A stretch of DNA of 64,000 nt from NCBI GenBank assembly GCA_002633005.1, contig NMRA01000126.1:543883-607882 (forward strand), written 5' to 3'. Positions 12,905 to 64,000 of the stretch are shown piece by piece; within the stretch, counting starts at the first letter, position 1; every line of letters starts with the position of its first letter. The notes beneath the pieces are model-generated. The model made no database searches, was not told where the DNA came from, and saw nothing but the letters and a program-made list of their open reading frames with translations. A program made the position numbers and the translations under genes. Source of the stretch: Phoronis australis (taxonomy: Eukaryota > Animalia > Phoronida).

Positions 12905-14867
12905 AAATTTAGCATGTGTGTTCCTGACAATAGATGACAACTTTGGACAGATCCGACTTTTGATGTGCCTCTGCTCCTTGTGTTATTTTTTGCCTGTACC
13001 TCTATACCTACCAAGTCACTCTCTGGATCTAAAAATTTGTCTGATGTGTTCCGACGGTGCCCCAAAAATGACATTGTGCGTTTCTTTTTCGAGATCCTGA
13101 GATCCCGAGGTAATTAAGTCGGGATCTCAAGATAAAAGAAAGGCGTGATGTCTTTGGGCCGCGGTGTATTTTGGAAACGTTCCTCCCATATGGTTTCGAA
13201 CCGGGCCGACGTCTGCGCGTTGAACAAGCACTTTTCAACGCCCAGAATGGTACGTAATTGAAGAACCCTTCCTGAACACTGAGCTTACCACGCACCACGT
13301 GTGTGACACAACGGTCTGGAGCAGCAAATGACAGGGCCATGGGTTAATGACGAAGTCCATGAAGTATGAAATTCAGCACTACGGGTTCATGTGAGTGTAG
13401 AAATCGCAGTTTCAGTGCTTAGGGCACTTACGTTCAGCTAGACTGACGTGCTGTCTCCTTTGCGGTTATTTTAGTTGGCAAGGTACGCACAAACTGGCTA
13501 GAATCCTAGTGCACACACATACATACAGTACGCTTTACCAGTATCTTACCGAGCTGGCATGATACTAGCATCACTGAATACAGTCCTGATCAAGAGCTTG
13601 CCTTGTCACCACGTGTATGACCCATTTTTCTTCAAACTGCGAGAACGTCGGTAACTGAGAAAGTCCAGTGTGGACTTAACATTTGAAAATGAACTCGACC
13701 AGTCTCGGGGTATTAATTGTTAAAGGTTTTCCACATCAAAACTGGAAACAATGAAGCAATTGTTCTATCAAAAGTTCGTCTTGTATGAAGTACTATGCAC
13801 CTCAACACTTCACGGGTGGAATCTATAGGTGAGCTACTCCTTTGCCTCAGTAAGATACAAAGTTAAACGTGTTATCTTCCTAACGCGTTCGGCAATTTCT
13901 CTTAAAATTTTCAATTTTTTCCAGAAAATGTTCTCAAAAATTAAAATTTTCTGCTATAAATTCCTAAATTTCCTCCAAAAAATTAGCCAGGCTGTCAAGA
14001 AAACAATGATGAGCAAGTTATCGAAAAACGGTCTGCTGGCTCAGAAACTGATTGATAAAAGGAAATACCACAGTAATTCGTGCTTTGGGGATGGGTGCCG
14101 GGAGCATATTATCCGTGCAATTTATCCTCTGGGGAAGCTAATTCCCTCGAAGAAACGACTTGTTTTGAAAAACCTTATTTCCAGTAAATTTTCATTTGTT
14201 GTTGGTTAATGCTAATTTATGCGGGGAATTTATGTAGTTTCATGCTTCACGGATACGTAATTTTTAACAAAACAATTGCTAGATGTTCTAAACACAACTT
14301 TTACTTTGACCGAACAAGCGATTATATTATAGTTTTATTATAGATAATTACGGGGTAGGTAAACACCACCAATAAAGACGGTCCAAAAATCGTGTTATTT
14401 GTTCCCCTGTTCTAGGAAATGTTATATTAAATTCGAACTTACATTTTTATTGATATTTCACTATAGTACATCATGAAATTGGAGAATTTGGTTTTATCAC
14501 CTGGGTTTATTAATTTATCCCATACGCGTTGAATCAGTCGACGGAAATACGGCCATGTAATAATTTAATAATTTTTTCCGCATTCACCTCCCGCACTACT
14601 TCAACAGCGACTTCTGACATGGAAAGTTCAAAAGGTAGGTCAATGTCGACTCAACGTCGATAGTTGGTTAGATCATCAAACTTTCGGAAAATAGTTTAAA
14701 GGTATTGCAATTGCAACAGTGTGAGTAACACTCAACATCAGGTCTCAATCGTAACATCCGGAACAGGACTGTTAATTATATGATAGTTCTGTCTCAGTTT
14801 TCAATTGCTAAATACTAAGTCGTCTGCAACTCAGGCGCCAAATTCTCGGTAACAACAATATGAAATA

Positions 14868-15315
14868 TCAGGGGCTGATCCAGGATTTTGAGTTAGGGGG
14901 GCCAGGGCATACGAATAACCAGAATTTCGCCACATCCGCGCGCCCAGCCTAAAATTTAGGGATGCAGAGGTCTCGAATTTTTGGTTCGTGGACCTTATTC
15001 CAAAAAAAAAGAATAAAATAACGGTAAACGGGGTTTGTTCAAGGCCTATGCATTGTGCATTCGCCCCCGGAGCNNNNNNNNNNNNNNNNNNNNNNNNNNN
15101 NNNNNNNNNNNNNNNNNNNNNNNNNNNNNNNNNNNNNNNNNNNNNNNNNNNNNNNNNNNNNNNNNNNNNNNNNNNNNNNNNNNNNNNNNNNNNNNNNNNN
15201 NNNNNNNNNNNNNNNNNCCCCCTGGGTGCGCGCATATGCTACTCATCAATTCGCACCCCGAACTGCCAAATGGTATCTGGGAGAATTTTAGCCCCCCCCC
15301 CTAAATCCGCCACTG
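14868..15315. mobile_element. MITE with CAGGGGCTGATCC / AAATCCGCCACTG ends, spanning the N gap
   Basis: Imperfect inverted termini with G-run and C-run subtermini; interior partly N. Confidence 0.6.
15074..15217. other. Assembly gap (144 N)
   Basis: Run of N. Confidence 1.
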
Positions 15316-17019
15316 AAACTATTTCCAAGAGAGTTACAAGTTCAATGCACAGTCACGTTGCTTTCATCTTTGTTATCTCTTTTCAAGTAACAAATGGTTA
15401 CATTTAAAAATGTTTCTTTTACTAGAGAAAGCTTGCAACCTAACGCGCAAGTACACTCGTATAGGATGTGATCCGCCACGTGAACAGTCTGAGTGAAGTA
15501 TTTAAAAAATGTACCGAAAAAATGAAAGAAACTTAGGAATTCGAAGCGTATGGGATCAATACAAAACTTAGGTCGAGGTCGATACGCGGAATAATGTAGA
15601 TATTACTTCATGTACGCCAATCGAGGTACGTTTTGTGTCTATAGGTTTACTTGATAAAACTCTTGGACAGCATTTGTTACCTATACAAAAAAATTCCAGT
15701 TTATGATTTAAAAACATTATTATTAGGAGCACGCTAGTTTCTTACCTATTTTGCTGCCGGGATATGGTTGATGGTGACTGTCACGTTTTGAAATAAACGA
15801 TACCTATGTCCTTTCTGAACTCGGTTATATAACGGAATGCAGTTACAGTATACACGTTTTATTTCGTGCGCCAAACACCCTTGTAATTGTCTTTGTGTGG
15901 TTTTGTCATATAAACATTTCCCACAATTTACACGCTTTTTGACTTGGTCACCCAGTAATAAAAACGTAAGTACATATCACTTTTATATCACAAGTGATAT
16001 ATCTCCAGTGAAATGCATTTTGATTGTGTGCAATACGGGAATGATGCGCTGTCTGTCACGTTAATAAAATGTATACAGCCGCGTAATTATTTTCAATTAG
16101 TTGTAGGTTGTTGAGAGGGTAATTCATTTACCAATGGGACAGAGGAAGAAAAGACAAAACAGCACCGCCTTGCTATCAAATCCCCATGTTTTAACCTTAT
16201 TATAAGATTTTAAACAGGCATGAGCGAAAATAAACTTGTGTCGAGGTATATTTAACGCGTCACTTGTCCGATCGTTTTTACCGACAAACTTAGCAAATAG
16301 GTACTGAAAACTTATCAAATTTATAATTGTTTAACTGAATAAAACTAAAAGTCGAATTGTACCTTTTACTCTCATAACATCGTTTTCATAATGTTCATTA
16401 CCGTGATAGGATTTCATTTCCGTTAACAACTCAAATCTTAACATTGAGCAACTTACCCCCTGTTCAGCCGAACATCCACACTACACACCCAACACCCTGC
16501 GACAAATATGGCGCCATGATTACTAAGGTGGGGTAAGTTAACGTTCTCACAAAAAGGTTATGTGTAGATGCGTCATTTTCTCAATTTTAAGGTTGGCTTA
16601 CCCCTGTAAACTGAAGCGTTTTCTCGAGGCGCTCGCAGTTGCGATGTTCCTGTTGGTAACGGAAATAGAGCCCTGCCACTGTAAGGGTTATTATTGATGT
16701 TGAGACTAATTTTATGAGAGTAAGAAGCTCAATTCAATTTTCGTTTTTTTTTAGCCAGCGAAACAAGGCGAAACGCAGCTTTATATATTAAATACGTGCT
16801 TTCACGTTTTTTATTTCATAACTCATAGTATTTCTTCAAACTGTTTTTATGCTAGTGAGAATTGTGTCTTTTTGTTTTAATTTGCAATCGTGAGTCAATT
16901 TATTTGGTTTCGTCAATGTTATTTATGAGCTGCAGGTCACAGATATTCTCAGATGACCTGGAGTTGATGTCGAAAATGTTGGATGTGACGAAACCAATGG
17001 GGTTAGTAGAGGGAAGAGG

Positions 17020-17260
17020 ATCCTGATGATGGCAACGATGACAGTGACGGGGATTGTAATATTGGTGTGGAGGCGGCGGTGTGGTGATGGCGGCGGTAGT
17101 GGTGGCAGCGGTAGTGGTGGCGACGACGATGGTGGTGACGGTGGCGGGGATGGTGATGGTGGCGGGGATGGTGATGGTGCCGGTGGTAGTGGTGGTGAAA
17201 GAAGAACAGAAAGAAAGAGGAACAGATGAAAAAAGAACGAAGAAATAGAATGATGACGGT
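17020..17260. repeat. Degenerate (GGT/GGC/GAT/GAC)n trinucleotide low-complexity tract
   Basis: Mixed triplet repeats; source of the Pro/His/Gly-rich ORF calls. Confidence 0.9.
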
Positions 17261-18873
17261 GACGATGACGACGACTATCATAATGCCGATAGTGATGGTA
17301 CACTGTAGTTTTGTTGGTGCATTTAATGACAACACGTGACGTCATCTATTTGTAATCACAGCAAATCTTTGGAAGAGCAGTGCATATTTCATAAAAGTGT
17401 GAAGGCAGCTTTTACGCAAACTGGCCACAATAAATTTTACGTAAATAATTAAAAGTGACGAGGCTTTTTCAACGTTAAAAACCAAATAATTTTACTGATC
17501 CATTATGGCATTTTTATGGGCAGTTTTATATCTTTGTGCAGGAAACCCTTTCAACGCCGCGCCAGCTGCTAAGACCGGCTATTAGACCTAGTTTGTTTTC
17601 CGGAAGGCACGTGGGTGGTGAAAATGTGTCGTAAAATTCAACGGGTCATTTACGCACAATGCTGTTACTGTCATCATTTGTCGACGCTTCATCAAATCGT
17701 ATCACTAATGAAGAATCTCCAACAAGAATATAATCCGTTACTGTTCAGTGGGAGTGGAGTTTGCAAGTAGGAGAAAAATCCCAGATATTAGCAAAGAAGT
17801 ATAAACCGGTGACAACGCCTGTCCTAAACTTTGGGAGGTCTTAGAAAAAAATGATTTGCGGGCCTGGTGGTTTGCCATCAATTTGAACACATTGTCTTCA
17901 CATTGTTTAATGGGCAAATGTTGAAACGCACTCGCCGTGTCGTTTTTCGAAAGGCAAAAACCGTCAACTTTCAACTGAGATAAAAAGTATACAATGTGGT
18001 ATCTGACGACATGATTCTTAATATGGTCGAGTGAAGTTATGAAATCTAACGTGCTTTATTAAAAAATGAAATCGGAACTCAATAAAAATTATAATTTCTG
18101 TTTCATGAAATGGCACATTAATGATTCTTTCATTTCATTTCTTTGTTCAGTCTCAAAGCTGTGATAAGTGTGAGTCCTGGTGGTGTGGCCGTGAAGTCAT
18201 TTGTCGCTTGGACATCGGGCACTAAGCGGCCGCTTATGGCACAAAGTGGGAGGGCCATCTGTCGGCGACATCTTCGTCACGGACCTCAAAATGAGATTTT
18301 CCACCTCAATAAATCGATTTAGATGTTGAGCACATTTTTACTTTCACGCCTAAGAGCTAGACGGCTTTATCTAAAATTTAAAAGACAAAAACCTATAAAC
18401 TCTTCTAGAAACAGGCCTCTGGTGTCATGACTTTATATAAAGATACTCGTTCCTTTACGATCCCAATTTAAAACACACGATGAGTTTCGTTTGTCGAAAG
18501 ATATCTCTAACTGAAAATATAAATATTTTGTAACTTTCAGCCTTGTTTATGTCTGCCTCATTTTACTGCTAATTTTTATTTTTTGAAACCGGCAGAGTTT
18601 CCATTACATATGGCGGCAGTAGAACAAGTGCCCATAATGCAGGAGTCAGCTGTCACTCTCTACGGCGGCCATTTTAGGTGGTGGTGCAGCACGAAGAATA
18701 AACATCAAACTAAGATATTCTTATAAAATTCAGCTAAGTTTAGAAATATTTAGAGTTGTGTTGAATGAACATCACTGGGCTTTACTTTAGACTGATCTGA
18801 GTTGCGTTTAAATTAATTTTATGAATTTAATCTTTAAGGTCCGAAACGCCTGTTGCCGTGTTGAATAGTGTAT

Positions 18874-18946
18874 CATGGGCGGCGCAGCACTGAAATAAGT
18901 GGAGGCTATAGCTTTCCCCCCAGCCCCCTATGGTGCCTCGCCCATG
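18874..18946. mobile_element. 73-bp mini-MITE, CATGGGCGGCGCA family (monomer)
   Basis: catgggcggcgca...tgcctcgcccatg inverted ends, flanked by tgtat on both sides. Confidence 0.7.
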
Positions 18947-19222
18947 TGTATATTGCTTAGTTGACGAATCCATTTCTTCAGGTTTACAGGAAAAAACAAA
19001 ACGTTACTCGCATATTAATTTTCAATCTCAATCTAAAATATCGTTACTGATAATCCTTTATCTTTCACTTATACAAATCCAGTTTTCGTCACGGTATATA
19101 ATTGAAGAGTGTGCCAGGAATCATCAGTTTCGCGCCGGCCTTAGCACGCCTGACCGTTGTCTAATCAGGGCGCTTAATACTGAAACTTTTTGTTTCAAAG
19201 TAGCATAGGACCAAATATTTTG

Positions 19223-20126
19223 CCGGTGTAGATAGCTTGCCAAACCCTATTTGCCGACGTTTGGTGTTGTTTGGTCATGTGCATGCTCTGAAAATTAGTT
19301 TGGTGGCAGTCTCCAGATGGCGAGCGGGCTCGATCGAGTCGATGTTGACTAACGAAGTAAATGAGTTTGGTGGAGTGAATTTGGTAAAAAAAATGTCCCG
19401 ATCAACAAAGAGGTGAAAATAATGTGATCTATCCAAAATTGTAGCCTACGTGAATGACTTTCATTGTATAAAGCAAGCCGCACATTGAACAATAAGCACT
19501 AACCACACATCGCAGACCATTGCATAGGCTTCATTGACGCATCTAGGGTGTTGCGGGGGAAGGTCAAACATTCTGTTTCCGAAGGATAAACGTTCGATAC
19601 AGCGCATTTTTGGTAGGGGATTGGACGGGTCGCAACCCCCTTAAATCAGCTCATATCCTAGTCGGAAGCAATATAGAGTAATCGAAAATATTTGAAGCAT
19701 GTAGGTGAAATACTGATGAGTGTCTTGTTTTTATATCAATTTTTAGCATTTAGTGAAACTTCATGCCTCATCCGGCCTCAGATTTTTTTGAAACCTTGGT
19801 TATCAGAAATTCTAAAATCTTGAAGGTGGCAACGGTATGTTCATTACTTTTTAATCAGCCATTTTTCTCTAGTGTTCAGACGAAACTCAACAGCGCCCTG
19901 CTTCAGTAAGACACTCAGGAAGTTTCTTTTCTTTTGTCTTCCCTTGATTGCATTAAAAAACATTGATTCCCTAATACAATTCCCTCCAAAACACAACAAA
20001 ATAATCTGCCAGAATTTGTGAACAAAAGTTTGGGAGAGTTTGTTAGTTTAGACTGGCTGTCAGCAAACTCTAGTTTGGTCGAATTTACAAACAAAAGTTT
20101 GGTAGAGTTTGCCTATGTAGACCGGA
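19223..20126. mobile_element. Degenerate TIR element (PIF/Harbinger-like MITE)
   Basis: gccggtgtagatag left versus ctatgtagaccggac right; repeated agtttgg subterminal motifs. Confidence 0.35.
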
Positions 20127-22181
20127 CTATCAGTACTCGGCAGTGCCAAATATACGCCTGCAGGCATACATCGGGTGTCCCAAAAGCCTCCCGCTTTTTG
20201 ACTTCTAACGGTTATTGGTTGACCACATATACAAACTCGTACAAAAATTTATTTCGGTAAAGAATGTGAAAAACTATAAAACTACGTTGTAGAAATAAGT
20301 TCCAATTTTAAATAGTGGGTAAACCACCGGTCAGTTCAATCCACGCTCGTTGTGACCTCTTAGTTCAAAAATAACCAGACGCAGTCTTTTTTCCGTTTCG
20401 AACTGCTTTCCTGGATGTCATCGCTTGTCATTATTTCCTATAAAACAAGAATTTGTCTTAAATAGTGTTCCATCTAGTTTCTACCCTATTCTCCGATATG
20501 ACTCCGAATTGCGTATTTAGGATAATATTCCCTTCAGCTGAAAAAAAGGATAACACGTGACTTTTCATAACCCTGTTCTTTCTTGGAACGTTCTCATTCC
20601 TTATTAGTTCCAGAAACAGGCACTCTAAATGTGATTTAACATTAACTATTTTTATATTGTAACCATAAATGGACTGAAATTACTATCTATTTTATTTCCC
20701 AAGTATCTGTTAATAAATTTCAGACATAATCTAAGTAAAAGTCACGGAGACATTTTTGGACGCCCGATGAAAGTTGGATCCCAAAAATGCCAGCTGCTGA
20801 ATAGTTGACCTGGAAACCTCCGATGCGAATGGCACTCACCTTTTGACAAGTAGTAGGAGTCCAGTACGGACAAAGCACGCACACTTGAGCGTAGTCCATG
20901 GTTTGAATCCATCGCGTCTAACCAACGGTAGCGATGCTTGCTGTCATTCACAGAGCAGCACTATATGCTGTAAGCATCAACCACATCACACGATTTTTAT
21001 CAAAACTTTGAACAGACGCACTGTAAGGGCATTATCACACTTTTTTAAGTCTCCATATGCATCTCAATTGTATGTATGTGATGCACAACGCTATTTTCTT
21101 GTAAGTAATGAGCTACATGAATGTAGCCTGCGGACCCTGAGCCGTGTAGGTTTCGCGAGTATTAAACCAGGCAATTTTATTGTGAAATTTTCCATTTTAT
21201 TCTTGTACGTTATTTTCAAATGTGAAGCGTCCCTGCGTTCAAAATTGCACACTTTTGTGTAATATGTCAATGAATTTAATGAAAAATGACACCGACGTTG
21301 AGGTTGAGAATTCGTGAGTAATGCGTCATTATCGACAACTCTCTTTTTGCCATTTAAAATAACAGCAAAAATAATATTAAAAACACCGTCACCTAGTGGT
21401 AGAATATAAAACCCGTACTCGGACCGTTTTAATGTTTATACTAAATAAGTGAAGATTTAAGGTTTTCACGCTGTTTCATAATGATATGTATGGCAAAGTA
21501 GTACTTTTGAGGCAAATAGGAAAATTAAGACAAAATAGTACCTCAGTTCTGAATTACTTTTTGTCGACTTTTACCAGGATCGGATTTTCACCCCATATCA
21601 AAATCATGGCAAAAGAAAGCTACCAACAGATAAATTCATCTTGGTTAAAGTCGGGCCCTACGTCCGTCAACAAGGTCCTCCCCTATCCTCCTGTGCCCCT
21701 TCTCCACATTTACAAACAACAGAAAAATTTTTGAAACAATTTGGGCAAATAACTATGGAACACACATTTGTGCTATTTTATACTCACTGAGAAATGCAAT
21801 TTGAATATTGATAAACATTTTACAGTTTTTGTTGTTATAGTTTGTATCTTTAATGAAGGTTGTGAAGCTCATTTCTTATGAAATTAATAACGTGTTGACA
21901 CCATTTATTCGTCCAAGTCGGGTGCTGCTCATAACAAAGTGTGCTTTCAGCGAAACATATTTTTTTAAAGTCATCTTGGTTACGACTTGTTTTTAAACAT
22001 TGCCTGGATAAAATGTACACCCATAGAACTCGGTGGTTTAACGAAAGCAGATGCAGTTCTATTAAAATACCGGTACCAGTCGGTCTTGCTGTAGAAGTCG
22101 TATTAAACAGCCAAAATTTATTACGTTGTTCACATGCAGATATAAACTTGATTTGTATGTGTGCTAAATTGCTTGGAATGT

Positions 22182-22183
<2 letters not shown>

Positions 22184-22267
<84 letters not shown>
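22184..22267. repeat. Perfect (GCT)28 / (CAG)n microsatellite
   Basis: 84 nt of uninterrupted GCT. Confidence 0.98.
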
Positions 22268-22271
<4 letters not shown>

Positions 22272-24061
22272 TAGCAGTGGTAGCAGTAGTAGTGCCATCA
22301 ACATAAAACAATGTGTAGACACAGATTGGTTGGAAAATAAATCTCGCTTTCGCTAAATAATTTTTTATTTATATCTCCTAGCCTCCTGCTGTGAAGTCCT
22401 CTCATCTTGGTTCTTGACTCAGATTAGAAGTTATTTTTACTCGTGAAAAGAACTGGCGAGTCATTCATAGCAAAGGTTGTTTGTCACGGCCAGTTAGCTT
22501 TAATTGCCAAGACAACATGGCCGTCTTAGGAATACCAGACTTTTATAGCAAAAAATTAAACCAAGACAGGAGTGCAATCCACCACATCACCAGAACATCG
22601 CGGTTTTTAACGGTATTCAAGCATCTATAAAACCGCCTTCCGTCGCAAAACCAACTTTTGAAATTGGTCTCAAATTGTTCTTTAGTGAAAATAAACGTGA
22701 TTTCTGGGATTAGAAAGAACAGGCACTGACACTGTTTGAGACCAGCCATTGCAAATGAGTTGTCAGGGCGCCGTGTCAGTCTCTAGCAATAGCGCACTGT
22801 CAGTTCTTATCAAGAAAAAAATCACCTCTCCTCTGAATAAAAAACAAGTCGACACAAATTTCATAGCAGTAAGTGGTCTACATAAAGAGTTAGTTCCTTC
22901 CAATGTTTTAAAAATGCTCAGCGATTAAGTGGGAGACATCGTCTGTTCTTGTGGGTAGTGCGTTTGCTTATCAAAAGATGGCGCACTCGTTCATGCGGCG
23001 ATGTAGGTTTTCCATGCAATGTAGGCCTACTACCTGGGTTGAAAACAAGTCATTGGCCGCGCCTTTATATTCCAGCTACAGCACAATCTCCTGAATCTTC
23101 CCGGATCAGCAAACGGTCGAAACCTCTGCACAAATTCCATGTCCACGCTCCTGACACGCCAGTGACAAGAAGTCTCAGTGGTTCCTTGATCTCTGGGTAT
23201 GGAATTTGTATAGCCCGGCTTAACCTGTTTCAAAAAGTCACACGTTTTATCAGTTTTGAGTAGGGCATCCAGTATTCTTAAATTTTTAGTTTGCTTTCAA
23301 AATGACAATTGTCGGCCTGGGGCGGGATATTTTTGCAAGCCCATAACTAAATTTCAGTATTTTATGTCCAAATAATATGAATAAATTGGATTGAAAGAAA
23401 CAGTGAAAGAAAAGACAAGCAAATAATTTTCACTGAATGTAACATTATCAAGACTGAGTTGAAGATAACTGAGAGCAAACAGCATTTTAATCAACGAATG
23501 TGAAGGCATTGATTTTCCTGGGCTCTGTTGAGTTTTCTTTACAAGTGCGCATTTTATTCTTTGTTGTTTATGGCGGAAACGATCTGTAAAACGCCGCCAA
23601 TAGACAAAAACTGAGCTTATTTCATAAATGTAGATCTACATTTGGATTTTTTAGCATTTAAAATAAAAAACAGGCCTCAGCGAGCGCCCACTACCGACCT
23701 TCAGTTTATATAAATCAAAGCACTCAATGACAGTTTGCTATAATAATATCTGCCCCAATTTATATGACTTGTTTATCATTTGTTGTGGTGCTCTACAAAG
23801 TTGTGCGTTGCCAGATTAAATTGTACGTATTAAATATTTGAGTTCAACGAATTCAATAAAATTATTCCGTTGTACAACGGTTGTCAACAATCGGGAGTCC
23901 ATTTAAACCCAGTCAGCCAATAATCTTTTGTTGGAGACACAAAAGTTTTATTGACTATGCAAAGAAAAAGGGCTGAAAGGATCCGAGTTAGGTTACGCAT
24001 GTAAATACTAAGAATAAGCCGCACATTGATATTGGCTTTGCTGTAACCGTATTGTATATAT

Positions 24062-24075
24062 GTCGCTATGGGAAT
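24062..24075 (+). promoter_or_regulatory. X-box-like (RFX) element upstream of the dynein gene
   Basis: GTCGCTATGGGAAT resembles GTYNCY-AT-RGNAAC with one terminal mismatch, ~410 bp before the ATG; RFX X-boxes are established regulators of ciliary genes. Confidence 0.4.
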
Positions 24076-24481
24076 GCCCTCCCGGACCGTGCTGTACTTC
24101 GCGGAAGGATAAAGTGTTAACGGCTACTTAAATGATGTAAAGAGAAGTTAAATTCAATTTTGAAACACTCTTAGCACCCTCAAATAAAACAAAACATCAC
24201 CAATTAGGTTACTAAGTCTTACATGGAAAATTTAATTTAGATGAATTCAGTTCAATTGAGAACTACTTCAAATTCTATTCAAAATCATTGCGCCAGACAC
24301 ACTGCGAACTCATTTGACTAATGGCGAAAGTACTTTGTGTGTGAGTGACATGGTACGTGACACTTAGACGTTTGCTTTCTTCTGATTTACGTCGGAAAAA
24401 GATTTAGATCGCCATTAACCGTATGCAGAGAGTGTAAATTGGACTCTAAGTTAGCGTCGAAGTCTGAGAAAGCGCTGCATC

Positions 24482-64000
<39,519 letters not shown>

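Noticed and set aside
13180-13300. Minus-strand B-box-like GGTTCGAAACC, A-box-like sequence and a gcgttgaa/ttcaacgc hairpin, as a possible tRNA
   Set aside because: No acceptor stem or cloverleaf could be built and the box spacing is too long.
14831-15407. Cluster of ORFs across the N gap
   Set aside because: Open only because N codons contain no stops.
16923-17345. Pro-rich, His-rich and Gly-rich ORFs
   Set aside because: Three overlapping frames opened by a degenerate triplet repeat; no domain content.
21850-22311. Poly-Ala ORFs on both strands
   Set aside because: Explained by the (GCT)28 microsatellite; flanking peptide is unrecognisable and I saw no splice context.

Overview
Eukaryotic (metazoan, probably invertebrate) AT-rich genomic DNA, with one 144-N gap (15074-15217) and a single N at 58991. 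From 24482 to the window end lies the 5' half of a + strand axonemal outer-arm gamma-type dynein heavy chain gene (DNAH5/DNAH8 family). I traced by hand 35 GT-AG exons whose phases all join into one open frame of 6990 nt (2330 aa), covering the tail, linker, AAA1 and start of AAA2; the gene continues beyond the window. The first 24 kb has no recognisable protein gene: 1-7100 looks CpG-poor like a methylated gene body, and 7150-24600 is CpG-richer with MITEs and simple repeats. The best leads are a TIR transposon carrying a decayed HIRAN-domain ORF in intron 5, a candidate alternative first exon, 33-nt and 15-nt microexons, a Cys-rich insert in the dynein tail, a 60-bp tandem repeat that multiplies a splice donor, and a doubled AAA1 exon that is probably an assembly artefact. 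I found no convincing wholly new multi-gene system.
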